64,000 bases of DNA, from the IMG/VR virus record IMGVR_UViG_3300040733_000035; one strand, written 5' to 3'. Each line of letters starts with the position of its first letter. Positions within the stretch are counted from its first letter, which is position 1. This DNA is from an uncultured virus (IMG/VR IMGVR_UViG_3300040733_000035) (taxonomy: Duplodnaviria > Heunggongvirae > Uroviricota > Caudoviricetes). Under the pieces are notes generated by a model. The model was given only the letters and a program-made list of their open reading frames with translations. It did no database searches and was not told where the DNA came from. The position numbers and the translations under genes are program-made. This document shows positions 41,480 to 52,003 of this stretch, in pieces.

Positions 41480-42399
41480 AAATCGTAGTGACAGGGGCAG
41501 CAGGATTCATAGGTGGACACCTAATAGAACAACTGACAAGAGACGGAAACGATTGCCTGGGAATGGACGATATGAGCATACACCAGGGGAACACACCGGA
41601 GTGGATATTAAATAATGAACAAATACGAGAAAAAATACTGCATGTTGACTGTGTGGTATACAAGAAGACATTGACGAAATTGAATGCATTCAAACCAGAC
41701 GTAATCTTCAATCTGGCAGTAAAACCACTGGAACACTCAATAGAATTACCAGAAAACAACTTCAGAACAAATACATTGATAACAATGAATGTGTTATCAT
41801 ACATAAGACGACATAAAACAAAATTGATACATTTTTCATCTTCAGAGGTATATGGTTCGGCATACACAGATAATATGAGTGAAGAACACAGAATAAGTCC
41901 AAATACGACATATGCAGCATCTAAAGCGGCATGCGATCACGCAGTATTAAGCTACGTAAGGACTTTTGAAGCAGACGCAATGATAGTCAGACCATTCAAT
42001 ACAATAGGACCAAGACAAAACGACAGAACATACGCAGCTATAATACCAAAAACAACGCGCAGAATAAAAGAAGGAAAGTGCCCGATGATAAACGGGTCAG
42101 GAAACAACACACGAGATTATACCGCAGTGGAAGACATTGTAAATGGTGCAATAGCAACGATGAACCTAGGAAAACGTGGAGAAGTGTATAATCTGTGCAG
42201 CGGAGAAGAAACAAGCACACGCGAAATGATGGACATGATATCGAAAGAGATGAAATATTTCGGTGAATATGATTACACAATAGAAAGACAGGGAGATGTA
42301 AAACGTCATAGAGGAGATAACACAAAAGCACAGAACGAGCTTGGATGGAAACCAAACGTAAACATACGTGAGGCAGTGCGGAGAGCAATACATGATTGA
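41476..42399 (+). CDS. NDP-sugar epimerase/4,6-dehydratase (extended SDR)
   Basis: GAAGFIG, SSSEVYG, YAASK, RPFNTIGPRQ, RDY..V.D. Confidence 0.93.
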   Translation: MKIVVTGAAGFIGGHLIEQLTRDGNDCLGMDDMSIHQGNTPEWILNNEQIREKILHVDCVVYKKTLTKLNAFKPDVIFNLAVKPLEHSIELPENNFRTNTLITMNVLSYIRRHKTKLIHFSSSEVYGSAYTDNMSEEHRISPNTTYAASKAACDHAVLSYVRTFEADAMIVRPFNTIGPRQNDRTYAAIIPKTTRRIKEGKCPMINGSGNNTRDYTAVEDIVNGAIATMNLGKRGEVYNLCSGEETSTREMMDMISKEMKYFGEYDYTIERQGDVKRHRGDNTKAQNELGWKPNVNIREAVRRAIHD

Positions 42400-42871
42400 A
42401 CATCTTTTAAAACATATGGGACGAAATCTAACAATCGCGGAGACTGTGGAAATATGGAATCCAGATAACATAGAAATAGGAGACGATGTGTACATAGGAA
42501 GTCACACAATGTTGATAGGATATTATAATGCTGCAGGCGGAATATCAATCGGAGACAGATCGTGGATAGGACCAAACTGCTACCTAAACGGAGCAGGAAG
42601 AATACAAATAGGAAATGATGTTGGAATTGGACCAGGTGTAATGATATTGACATCACAACATTCAGGAAACCCAAAGAGAATACCAATAAAAGACACACAA
42701 CTGAAATTCGGACAAGTTGTAATTGAAGACGGGGCAGACATTGGAATGGGATCAAAAATATTACCAGGGATAACAATCGGAAGAAATGCACAAGTTGGAG
42801 CAGGGGCAATAGTGACGAGAGACGTAAAATGCTACTCAACAGTAGCGGGAAACCCAGCGAGAGAAATTTGA
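42392..42871 (+). CDS. hexapeptide-repeat sugar N/O-acyltransferase
   Basis: IGDDVYIG, IGNDVGIGPGV, VGAGAIVTRDV, VAGNPAR. Confidence 0.9.
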   Translation: MIEHLLKHMGRNLTIAETVEIWNPDNIEIGDDVYIGSHTMLIGYYNAAGGISIGDRSWIGPNCYLNGAGRIQIGNDVGIGPGVMILTSQHSGNPKRIPIKDTQLKFGQVVIEDGADIGMGSKILPGITIGRNAQVGAGAIVTRDVKCYSTVAGNPAREI

Positions 42872-42996
42872 AAAGCTCAGGTGCTGACCAAACCTGAGCA
42901 TGCACGTGGTGATACAATATAGTAATTGATACAAGTGGTATTTAAAAATTGTGCTAAAAAAATGAAAAAAGAAAGCGCCCCAATTGGCGGGCACGT

Positions 42997-43404
42997 TCAA
43001 GCGGTAGGACCAACATATTCATTGACACTTCTGTAATACAACCGCATCATCTTACGGCGAGCACCAGTGCCAATTGATACAGGGATAGAACTACCATATG
43101 CTCCAATGTTAATCCATCGGCCACCACGTTCATACGAGACAATAGTTCTGGCAGTGACAACCCACCCGGAACAATCAGTGAGAGCACCACCGGCAGAAGT
43201 GGACCCATACATAGTATACAGGCCATCCTCGCCCTTGACGGCAGCAGCAAGGGTAATGGAACCAATGGGAGGAGCGTTGTTGGGCAACTTGACCCAATAA
43301 CCCTTGACACCATACATTGTGCCATAATAAAATCCTGCAGCAATGTCAGCGGCAGAGAACCTTACTGAAGTAATCGAACTTACTTCCCATTCAAAATATG
43401 CCAT
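42997..43404 (-). CDS. small putative virion protein downstream of the candidate capsid gene
   Basis: SD AGGAGGT; Gly/Ala-rich beta pattern. Confidence 0.6.
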   Translation of the reverse strand: MAYFEWEVSSITSVRFSAADIAAGFYYGTMYGVKGYWVKLPNNAPPIGSITLAAAVKGEDGLYTMYGSTSAGGALTDCSGWVVTARTIVSYERGGRWINIGAYGSSIPVSIGTGARRKMMRLYYRSVNEYVGPTA

Positions 43405-43406
43405 GT

Positions 43407-44645
43407 TCAGACCTCCTTGTCATTGAGTTCATACCGAATACCACGAACATAGATGCCAGCCTGATCAGACACGCCAGACGCCCACGGAAGAACTGAAGTG
43501 GCATTGTCTTTCATCTCGATAGACATGATCTCATTCCAGCCGAGGAGAGGCTTGACAAGCTTGGTGGGACCACAGTACGTAAGTGCATTAACAGCTCTAT
43601 TACGAGGCATCGGGAACGGATTAACGGCCCTCTGGACCTCATACATCTGTTCAAGCTCACGACCGGATCGCCTAAGCCACAGATTGCGGATAGTACCAAC
43701 TGCAGGCTGCTTGAAACCAAGATGTGTAATCTTGAGAGCATCACGGCGAGTGAAATCCCAATAGAGATCGCACATTCTATCCTGAACTCTTTGCTGTGCA
43801 GCGGTGAACTGGTACCACTCATTGATGGTAGTCGCGAGCATCTGCTTTGCAAAGACGCTATAGACATGCATCTTGGGCCTGTCCTGCTCCATACCACCGG
43901 GCATCTTACCCCAATGCTCCTGGGGATCAAAAGCACCCTGCTCAGGAATGAGATTCTTGATGGGATTATTGGTCATGCGAGTGCGAACAGGCATCTTCTC
44001 ATGAACCTCAAGATCGCCAAGATCGAAGCTGCAATTCATCACATTGCCATCGAAATAGCCCTGATTGGTGTATGCAGACTGGAACTTGAGAATATCCTTC
44101 ATCTTCTGAACGCCATTTACCTTGACCATCCAGAGACGAACCGTCCATGGCTGTGCAAGAGCTACGCCACCCTCTGCAGCAGGCGGGCACCCAATTTCAA
44201 TCTCAACTGGCTTGCCAGCCGGAATCTTGGGGCAACACTCTTCAGGTCGGCCACCAAGCAACATAGGCATGCCGAAATTGATTGGCATATTGCCATAACG
44301 AAGACCAGCAGCACCAAGTGGATCAGGCTGACCAGGTGTAAGACCGGGAGCAACCAACTCATTGAAGAACTGATCATCATAACTCTGACCACCTATGTAG
44401 AGCTTGATATAATCAGCATGTTCATACTGTCCACCAAGGCCACCAACTGTGCCAGGGAACACCTCAATACCAGCGACCTCACCAAACGACTCGGATGGAA
44501 GCGTGAGTGGGGTAGCCAAATTCTGATTCTCGCCTGCGACTGTATAAGCTGCAGCAGTACCAACTCTGGCGTTGGCACCAACAGCAAGACCAGTCGTAGA
44601 GAAATCGAATTTATAATCAAATGCCTCTAAAGTATACGCGGCCAT
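43407..44645 (-). CDS. candidate major capsid protein (possible double jelly-roll)
   Basis: 412 aa, SD GGAGGT, distinct C/G-ending codon use, two beta-rich halves, ends IYVRGIRY. Fold is inferred, not verified. Confidence 0.45.
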   Translation of the reverse strand: MAAYTLEAFDYKFDFSTTGLAVGANARVGTAAAYTVAGENQNLATPLTLPSESFGEVAGIEVFPGTVGGLGGQYEHADYIKLYIGGQSYDDQFFNELVAPGLTPGQPDPLGAAGLRYGNMPINFGMPMLLGGRPEECCPKIPAGKPVEIEIGCPPAAEGGVALAQPWTVRLWMVKVNGVQKMKDILKFQSAYTNQGYFDGNVMNCSFDLGDLEVHEKMPVRTRMTNNPIKNLIPEQGAFDPQEHWGKMPGGMEQDRPKMHVYSVFAKQMLATTINEWYQFTAAQQRVQDRMCDLYWDFTRRDALKITHLGFKQPAVGTIRNLWLRRSGRELEQMYEVQRAVNPFPMPRNRAVNALTYCGPTKLVKPLLGWNEIMSIEMKDNATSVLPWASGVSDQAGIYVRGIRYELNDKEV

Positions 44646-44753
44646 TATTAACCTCCATAAAACTGAATAGAAAATGTGATATATAAAACAAAGGTACAAA
44701 ATAACAATACACCAAAAGAATGATATATGAATACAATAATTTATAGAAATTGC

Positions 44754-44924
44754 ATGACATCAAAAGTACACGTAAGTACGGCGGTGGGAAAAGAATACAA
44801 AACCGCATTCCACAAACGATGTATAGAAAATAACACGACAATGAGCAAAGTATTAGTAGACGCGATGAAAGAATTCATGGATAGTCACCCAGAAAAACCA
44901 TCGCGGTTTCAGGGAGTAACGTGA
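44754..44924 (+). CDS. ribbon-helix-helix regulator
   Basis: HVSTAVGKEYKTAFHKRC..NNTTMSKVLVDAMKEF. Confidence 0.7.
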   Translation: MTSKVHVSTAVGKEYKTAFHKRCIENNTTMSKVLVDAMKEFMDSHPEKPSRFQGVT

Positions 44925-44928
44925 GAGT

Positions 44929-45378
44929 TTGATGGAAAAAAGAGGAATAATTATGAAAGAAATTAAAACAATCTGCCCGAATCCAGCATGCGATAGAGAC
45001 ATTTCACTGGACACATCAAAGATAATGCGAGCGATGATGAGAAAAAAACATACAAATGGTATGCCACTGATCGGATGTCCGGCATGTTGCCATGTGATGA
45101 TATTGCCAGACACAATACCGACAAACATGACAATGTTTGAGAATTTCGTAACAAATCTAGAGAAAAACAACGAGTGGTTAGGAGATTGCGTGCCAATGAT
45201 AGATCCGACCATGGTAAGAATGCCAACAGGAACAAGAAACGTTCATGGATCTACAATGTATAGCTCAGGAACAGGAGAAATGCTTGACAAATACTCATAC
45301 ATGACGAAATACGGAATCGACCCAGAATGCGCGACATACAAAACTAATAAAAAACCATTCATAATACAAGACAGATAG
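44929..45378 (+). CDS. Zn-finger protein
   Basis: CPNPAC...GCPAC. Confidence 0.65.
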   Translation: MMEKRGIIMKEIKTICPNPACDRDISLDTSKIMRAMMRKKHTNGMPLIGCPACCHVMILPDTIPTNMTMFENFVTNLEKNNEWLGDCVPMIDPTMVRMPTGTRNVHGSTMYSSGTGEMLDKYSYMTKYGIDPECATYKTNKKPFIIQDR

Positions 45379-45423
45379 ACATTTTTTCTGGTAAAAACAC
45401 AAACCAAAAATAAAATAATATAA

Positions 45424-46269
45424 TCACAATTTTTCGCACCTAATAGATACTTGGGCAGACTGACCAGCAAGAGAATCAATCAATATATACGTCTTGGCAG
45501 CACCAACACAATCAATCTGGAACGATTGATACAATGGGTGACCAATGGCAGTCAACATGGCGACAGTCTGCGTGTCACCGACATAAAAATTACCAGCATC
45601 ATCCTCAAAGATAACAACGAGAGACAAAGATGGAACAGACCGATAATCCGCGACATAAAAATACACATGAGCAACGAGAAGAGTATAATCAGACGTATCA
45701 ACACCAGTTATACCAGATAGAACATAACCGTTGTTAAATGAGAAAATCCCATTGTTAGATGCAATACCTGTGCCAACTGCATCACAACGAACATCACCAG
45801 CCGCAACACCGGCGCTCGGAGAGACAACGGTGCCTACCGCAGACACCAACGCACCAGCGGCGCGTTGAGCCTCTGTGACTCTAGCAACCCACAATGGCGC
45901 AGCATCGGTAGAAAAGAAAACATCATAAAACGCAGCGCCGACAACCTGTGGAATAGTAACATCCACCATATGAGTATCACTAGCATCATCGGCTGTAGAA
46001 ACTGATCCAATGGAAGAAATACCACCAGGACCGAATTCATTAGAAGGGGAATAAGCACTTTTATATTCAACATCGTGTGTGAGATGACCACCAAGGGCAA
46101 CATCAGCACTAACAAGAGCCGCTGAAGAAACGACCAACTTATCAACCGCATTAATGAGAGATCGATGCAGAACACTTGACTGACGCCTGAACACACTACG
46201 AACCGGAAGAGGGATAGTGCCATCAAGCGCACTACGAATATCAGACTTAAAACCAGACACGAAAATCAC
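45424..46269 (-). CDS. putative virion beta-rich protein
   Basis: SD AAGGAG/GTG start; Val/Ser/Ala-rich. Confidence 0.55.
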   Translation of the reverse strand: MIFVSGFKSDIRSALDGTIPLPVRSVFRRQSSVLHRSLINAVDKLVVSSAALVSADVALGGHLTHDVEYKSAYSPSNEFGPGGISSIGSVSTADDASDTHMVDVTIPQVVGAAFYDVFFSTDAAPLWVARVTEAQRAAGALVSAVGTVVSPSAGVAAGDVRCDAVGTGIASNNGIFSFNNGYVLSGITGVDTSDYTLLVAHVYFYVADYRSVPSLSLVVIFEDDAGNFYVGDTQTVAMLTAIGHPLYQSFQIDCVGAAKTYILIDSLAGQSAQVSIRCEKL

Positions 46270-46748
46270 TCCTTACCTGAGAAGCAATTAATACATTGCT
46301 TGAATTGTACTTGCAGTGAATTGACATTATCGATTGTACAATAAAATTTGCCACTCTGTGCAATCAATGGAGCCAGACCATTATTTTTAAGCCACGTAAG
46401 ACAAGCGAGAACAACCGATTTGTCAAGACCAGTACCATCAACAACATCCTGAAAAGTGACACATCCCTTGTCGAACATAGATGAAACAGCACGCAAATCA
46501 TCGAGGGAGACAATATCAGAAGTCGCCACCGCGAGCTTAGGAGGAGAATAAGAAGACTCAGATTTGACGACAGTAAGATCATCAACGATGGATTTATTGG
46601 CAGACTCGACAACACTCAATGGAGATTCATTGACTTTAACAGCACCAAAAGAAAATTCTTGTGTAACCGGGGCAGCACCAGTGGAAACCGGATTGCCAGT
46701 TGTAGGAATTTCTTCAGTTATAACATCGCTATCAAGGATATCAGACAT
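46266..46748 (-). CDS. protein with C-terminal winged HTH
   Basis: TFQDVVDGTGLDKSVVLACLTWLKNNGL. Confidence 0.6.
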   Translation of the reverse strand: MSDILDSDVITEEIPTTGNPVSTGAAPVTQEFSFGAVKVNESPLSVVESANKSIVDDLTVVKSESSYSPPKLAVATSDIVSLDDLRAVSSMFDKGCVTFQDVVDGTGLDKSVVLACLTWLKNNGLAPLIAQSGKFYCTIDNVNSLQVQFKQCINCFSGKE

Positions 46749-46756
46749 GATATTAT

Positions 46757-47401
46757 CTACACTCCCCTTGTATATATAGATGCATTAATCTTAGTTTTCT
46801 TGCCCCACGAACGAGGATTGCCATCGACATAAACAACTTTGGGAATTTTAATTTCCCTAGACAAAAAAACAACATCACCGGATGAAACAACGGGTATTTG
46901 AGGTGGAGCAAAGTCAACAGAAACAGACTTCTTGTATTCATCGGACAATTTAAGATTAAGCCAACCAGACCAAGCCTTGTTACCAATATTCTGAAATTCA
47001 TAACCGATTACAGTAATCCCATCTAGATTGATGGAAGACGGAACAGATCTATTTCCTGTATGCCTAAGCAATGGACGATTTTGGAGATGACCATCGATGA
47101 TATTAGACATTTTTTCGATGACACCACTGACAGCAACAGACAATTTATCAGAGTAATCTGTTATGTAATCAGCAAGCAACGAAGCTTCATCATCAGTTGA
47201 AATAGTCTTATTGTAATCTATGGATGCATTTTGAGCACGAACATTAAAACCAGACATCGCGTCATTGATTTTTGCAACGACCTCTGATTGGACGGATTGG
47301 GAAAACGATTTAACAGCCTCTTGGAATTTAGAACCATCAACATAAATCAAGACCGGATGGAGATCTATATAAGGCTGTGCATAATCAAGTGAATGATTCA
47401 C
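46757..47401 (-). CDS. helical protein with C-terminal Ig-like domain; true start possibly further upstream
   Basis: IGYEFQNIGNKAWSGWL. Confidence 0.6.
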   Translation of the reverse strand: MNHSLDYAQPYIDLHPVLIYVDGSKFQEAVKSFSQSVQSEVVAKINDAMSGFNVRAQNASIDYNKTISTDDEASLLADYITDYSDKLSVAVSGVIEKMSNIIDGHLQNRPLLRHTGNRSVPSSINLDGITVIGYEFQNIGNKAWSGWLNLKLSDEYKKSVSVDFAPPQIPVVSSGDVVFLSREIKIPKVVYVDGNPRSWGKKTKINASIYTRGV

Positions 47402-47451
47402 AAGTCCGAGCGCAGTGGAATACGCATAATCAATCTGCGATTTTGCAATAT

Positions 47452-49221
47452 CTAGTGTAGTAATGATTTCAATCCTCCATAAACGGTGTTGACTATAACA
47501 GATGGAACGACTGTGCCGCCGAGTGAAGACAAATTATATATTCTTGTACCTGGAACCTGGACAGACAATACAGAAGATTGTCCGGGGGAAACAAAACTAA
47601 ATCCTATACGCTTGTTCCATCTAAAATAGGGAACATCATAATCACCAGTGAAAACATTACCGGTTTCCTTGAGATACAATTCAGCATAAGTATCATAATC
47701 AACAGAACTAGTCAAAACTACACCAAGCCAACCAATCCAAGGAGAACCGCCGATATTAGAAACTCCAATCTTAAACACATTAGTAGACGCGACAACTTTA
47801 CCATCATCATCAAGATTATAATCAAAACTACTTATGCGAGGAGGAGTAACAATATCACCGGTGAAACGTAATAATGGAACATTAGTGTAATATCGATCTA
47901 CAAATTTATCGAATTGCCGTGATAAACCGTCAGATATATGATTGATGTATGCAGAATAATAAGTGAAATAAAGTGAAATCCTATCAACATACCTGGAAAT
48001 TGCTACAGACAACTTGTCATTGATATACGAAACCTGGGACTCAGTAAGACCAGGAACATTATTATTAATGTATTCAATAGAACTGGTCTGAACATCATTA
48101 AGATATGTGCTATAATTACTACTAAGAACAGAAACGCGGGAATTGTAATCAGCAAACATTTTATTGATATGATCTGATATAGACGAAGACACTTGACTAA
48201 GAAGAGCAGATTTAGAATTCCTGTAATCAGGACCATCAACAAAGATGGGAGAATACCCAGATTTAAATTGTTTTTCAATATTAGAAAACACTGGTTCGGA
48301 TCGCTTGGACAAATCGGAAATCAAGTTTTCAAGTTGATTGCGAACACGGACAGACTCAGCAAACATCTGTGAACTAAACTTGCATATAACAACTGAAAAA
48401 ACATAATCCGACTTGTTATAAAGCATCGATGGAATAGACGAAAACAATGCAGACACGCGATCAGATGACGAGTCAATGGCAATCTTTACTTTATCCTGAC
48501 TGGATGAAATCTCGTCAGATGAATACGTAGAATAATACTTATACGACGAAATAGATTCATTGTAGACAGAATTGGCATCACCGAGAGAATCATTATATTC
48601 AGTTGATATTTCGGTGAGAATTTCATTGACATCTGTATAAAATCCAGGTGGAAGAACTTTATATGTATTGTAGATGGAAATGAGACTATTGATAGAATCG
48701 ACAAGATGGGATTCAGCCAGAGCGATAGCAGCAATATATGAATCAGTAACGGCAATGATGAAAAAATGCGCAGCCTTGTTCTGAGCAGAAGACAACGCCA
48801 ATGAAAACTTGTCATTTGCATTAGAAAGCGCATCAGAAACGTGCTTGGTAGCAGAAGACGTAGATTGTGAAATATGATCAGACAATGCAGAAATCTGAAC
48901 CTGGAGAGAATCGTAATACGATTGATTGGGGAAGGATATTTGTGAAACATACAAATTGATGCTCTGAGACGCAACATCGACACAAGCGGTGAGATCTGCG
49001 ACAAAATCACCATATATACCAGTATTAGAATCACCAATGCCAACAGAAAACGCAGAAATGACACGATCAAACACATCAGTGGACGTTGTGGGGATCAATG
49101 GAACAGAATTAACGTCACTAATGAGGGATGTAATAAACGAAGACAATTTATTATCAAAATTTGTCAGTGCGCGTGCTATATCATTATCAAAAATGGTTTG
49201 AATGGAGGAAAGATCAGTCAC
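47452..49221 (-). CDS. long amphipathic-helical protein with C-terminal Ig-like domain
   Basis: Ser-rich helical repeats; FKIGVSNIGGSPWIGWLGV. Confidence 0.6.
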   Translation of the reverse strand: MTDLSSIQTIFDNDIARALTNFDNKLSSFITSLISDVNSVPLIPTTSTDVFDRVISAFSVGIGDSNTGIYGDFVADLTACVDVASQSINLYVSQISFPNQSYYDSLQVQISALSDHISQSTSSATKHVSDALSNANDKFSLALSSAQNKAAHFFIIAVTDSYIAAIALAESHLVDSINSLISIYNTYKVLPPGFYTDVNEILTEISTEYNDSLGDANSVYNESISSYKYYSTYSSDEISSSQDKVKIAIDSSSDRVSALFSSIPSMLYNKSDYVFSVVICKFSSQMFAESVRVRNQLENLISDLSKRSEPVFSNIEKQFKSGYSPIFVDGPDYRNSKSALLSQVSSSISDHINKMFADYNSRVSVLSSNYSTYLNDVQTSSIEYINNNVPGLTESQVSYINDKLSVAISRYVDRISLYFTYYSAYINHISDGLSRQFDKFVDRYYTNVPLLRFTGDIVTPPRISSFDYNLDDDGKVVASTNVFKIGVSNIGGSPWIGWLGVVLTSSVDYDTYAELYLKETGNVFTGDYDVPYFRWNKRIGFSFVSPGQSSVLSVQVPGTRIYNLSSLGGTVVPSVIVNTVYGGLKSLLH

Positions 49222-50063
49222 TCAAACAACCTCGGTGGAACCATGGAACGTGGAGATTGAGCAGCAAACGAAAACGAACCGCCGAGATCCGATGGACCAG
49301 ACTGAGACTTACGAGACTCACTAACCTCCTTCTTAATATCGCCACGAGTCTTAAACATGCTACTAAATATCATTTTCTTGGACAATATAGGATCACTGTC
49401 TTTAAACGCTGCCTCGGCGATATTAATTGCATCCTGCTTAACACGTTCGATGATGTCGGGGTCAAGAGAATCAATCATTTCATCTGAAAATGACTGCAAC
49501 GCACGCTTATATGAGGGATCACTAACCAAACCAGAAGCAAAATCAGACAAAATACTAAGCCCTACGGACACTGTAACATCTCCGATGGGTTTAAGTCCGA
49601 GCTGCTTAGCAGCCTTAATACCAAATGACATATACTTAGGAAGAACGGGAAGAGCACCAGAAATGACATTGCCAGCAGAAACGCGAGATGGAGGAACAGA
49701 ATTCGACTGAACTTCCAAATCATGTGATTTTGGAACAGACTCATAAGGACGTTTACCAAGACTCTGTGTAACCTGATCCATTGCATGACACACATTGCAC
49801 CGCTGCAAAACAACCGCGAATTCATCTCCATCCATCAATTCTTCAATGGTATACAATGACTTAGGATAGTCGACATAAGCAATACGAGTGCCATTGGCAA
49901 CAGAATCAAATCCCATGCCATACTTAACACCAGTAGGACGATCATCACGACTCTTATAATCAAATTCTTGTGGAGACTGCACATTAGGAGATCCATGTGA
50001 TCGCCATCTATCGCCCATGTCAACAAATGTGACACCATTTCTTCCTTTATAACCACCAGACAT
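49218..50063 (-). CDS. hypothetical protein (CxxCH)
   Basis: SD GGAGG; operonic. Confidence 0.6.
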   Translation of the reverse strand: MSGGYKGRNGVTFVDMGDRWRSHGSPNVQSPQEFDYKSRDDRPTGVKYGMGFDSVANGTRIAYVDYPKSLYTIEELMDGDEFAVVLQRCNVCHAMDQVTQSLGKRPYESVPKSHDLEVQSNSVPPSRVSAGNVISGALPVLPKYMSFGIKAAKQLGLKPIGDVTVSVGLSILSDFASGLVSDPSYKRALQSFSDEMIDSLDPDIIERVKQDAINIAEAAFKDSDPILSKKMIFSSMFKTRGDIKKEVSESRKSQSGPSDLGGSFSFAAQSPRSMVPPRLFE

Positions 50064-50416
50064 TATTGATCTTCCTCCGTGCGAATATTAGCCAACAGAC
50101 CAATGATCACGGATCTATATAACTCGAATAAAGCATCACTGCTATTTATCTGTTTCATCAATTCAGGATAATTTTTGTCAATGACCAACGTGACAAGCGA
50201 ACCGACTCCACGAATATCCATGCCATCAATAGCAGTCCGAATGTTACCAATATTTGAAACAAAGTTTTGATCAGATGTTATAAGAGAGATGATTCTATCA
50301 GCAGGCAATTCCTTGAGTGTCGAATATGCAGAATACACCACATCAGGAGATGGAAACGGAATAGAACACACCAACACCCTAGCCAAAGGATTAATAAAAA
50401 CATCATCGGAAGACAT
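50063..50416 (-). CDS. hypothetical helical protein
   Basis: TAATG overlaps at both ends. Confidence 0.6.
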   Translation of the reverse strand: MSSDDVFINPLARVLVCSIPFPSPDVVYSAYSTLKELPADRIISLITSDQNFVSNIGNIRTAIDGMDIRGVGSLVTLVIDKNYPELMKQINSSDALFELYRSVIIGLLANIRTEEDQ

Positions 50417-51585
50417 TAAAACCTCGAAGCAACAGACGCAGCATCAGTAGACATTTTATGATTACTAAGCAGCTTACTCTCAACAAGAGGGGCAATTATT
50501 CCAGTGACAGTGCCTAGAGCAGACATGCGGCGCTGTTCGCGAAGCATCTCAATTTCAAGCTGCTTCTCTTCTTTGATGAACTGATGATCAAGCTTTTTAT
50601 CCTCACGCAGATTAGCTGCACGTATACGCTCTTGTTCAGGAGTATCAGTGACCACATTAACACCGCCAGCGCGAGCCTGCTCAATCATATCGCGAAGCTG
50701 TGAAATTGGTATTTGGGGAGGACTGCGGGAAATCTCTTCAAGCTGATTAACACGATTCTGTAGAAATTCACGGTCTTTCTCGACTGCCTGTATCTGCAAT
50801 TCAATTATTTTACTCTGAGACTCAGCAATTGCTTTAGCGGCTGCTTCCTGAGACGCGCGATTTTGTTCTTGCATATTCTTAAACAATTCAGAAAACGCAG
50901 CAGTATTTTTATCATTAATTTCTTTAAATGTTTGAACAATATTAGCAACTTCGACCGGTGGATGAGGATTGGAATTAGACATGGGAGGTGTAACGGCACG
51001 TTGTATCTCCATGCCAGCACGAAGCTGATCAACTAACATGGAACTAACACTATTTATGACAGAAATAACGTCATTGGACGAGCTAGTAACAGGTTGCACA
51101 ACAGGAGATGACTGTGATCGACTAATACCAGGGAACGGAAGAGGAGAGGTGGAAAGCAACTCAGGATGATCATCAATAAACTTACGCTTGGCGTCATCAG
51201 ATTCGAAATTTTTAAGGGCAGCATCGAGAATAGAAGCTCTATCAGTAAGAACGGCAGAATTTAATAATCCACCAGGAACCGGAGATGATTGACGAACGAC
51301 ATTAGTAGGTGAAGTAAGTGATGCCAATTTTGCCTCTTCTTCACGTTTTAGTCGCTCACTTTGCAACAACGCAGAATCCATGACATTCTGTTTCAAACGA
51401 CCAAACGCATTACCTATCATCTCTTTTTGGGCAGCTTTGATAACATCATTGGGATCGACCTCAGAAAATGTTATAGACGGGGGAAGACCATCAGACTGTA
51501 TATTATCAGCATCAACAACCTCTTTAGCGACAGAAATGAGAGATTTTTTTGATTCTTTCTTAACAGACTCTGTTTCCTTTGACAT
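50416..51585 (-). CDS. coiled-coil protein (scaffold-like)
   Basis: Heptads and Pro/Ser linkers; heads the - strand operon. Confidence 0.55.
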   Translation of the reverse strand: MSKETESVKKESKKSLISVAKEVVDADNIQSDGLPPSITFSEVDPNDVIKAAQKEMIGNAFGRLKQNVMDSALLQSERLKREEEAKLASLTSPTNVVRQSSPVPGGLLNSAVLTDRASILDAALKNFESDDAKRKFIDDHPELLSTSPLPFPGISRSQSSPVVQPVTSSSNDVISVINSVSSMLVDQLRAGMEIQRAVTPPMSNSNPHPPVEVANIVQTFKEINDKNTAAFSELFKNMQEQNRASQEAAAKAIAESQSKIIELQIQAVEKDREFLQNRVNQLEEISRSPPQIPISQLRDMIEQARAGGVNVVTDTPEQERIRAANLREDKKLDHQFIKEEKQLEIEMLREQRRMSALGTVTGIIAPLVESKLLSNHKMSTDAASVASRF

Positions 51586-51643
51586 GGCAATACAATATGA
51601 TAAAAGGTATTATATAGAGGTTACTATTAGATAGATACACCAA

Positions 51644-52003
51644 ATGTCAGGAATGAAAAAACCGCCAATAAAGCGAAAAAGAGGCGAACGATGCAAAGGA
51701 AAACTAAACATAGATGAAGCATGGTCGAGATTGCCGGAGAGCCAAAGTGAAAGACAAGTTAAAATACAATTCTACGTAAACAAAGAACTACGGGACAGAA
51801 TGAAAAACGTAGCACCGATGTTAATAGAAATGGAAAAAAACAACGAAGGTGGAGGAATAAAGAGAAACACACCTGGAATGTTCTGTGAATACTGTTGTAA
51901 GACAGTCACGACGGGACTGGAACAAATAATAAAAACCATGCTAGAACAAGAAAAACCTAGAGGAAACGATGCCATCGCATATACTACACATAACAATGGA
52001 TGA
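51644..52003 (+). CDS. RHH-like DNA-binding protein
   Basis: VKIQFYVNKELRDRMK; upstream TATTATATA. Confidence 0.5.
   Translation: MSGMKKPPIKRKRGERCKGKLNIDEAWSRLPESQSERQVKIQFYVNKELRDRMKNVAPMLIEMEKNNEGGGIKRNTPGMFCEYCCKTVTTGLEQIIKTMLEQEKPRGNDAIAYTTHNNG

Noticed and set aside
43722..44630. 302-aa + strand ORF
   Set aside because: Antisense to the candidate capsid gene, which has the SD and operon context.
49780..49805. CxxCH heme-binding motif (CNVCH)
   Set aside because: Single motif with no signal peptide; insufficient for a cytochrome c call.
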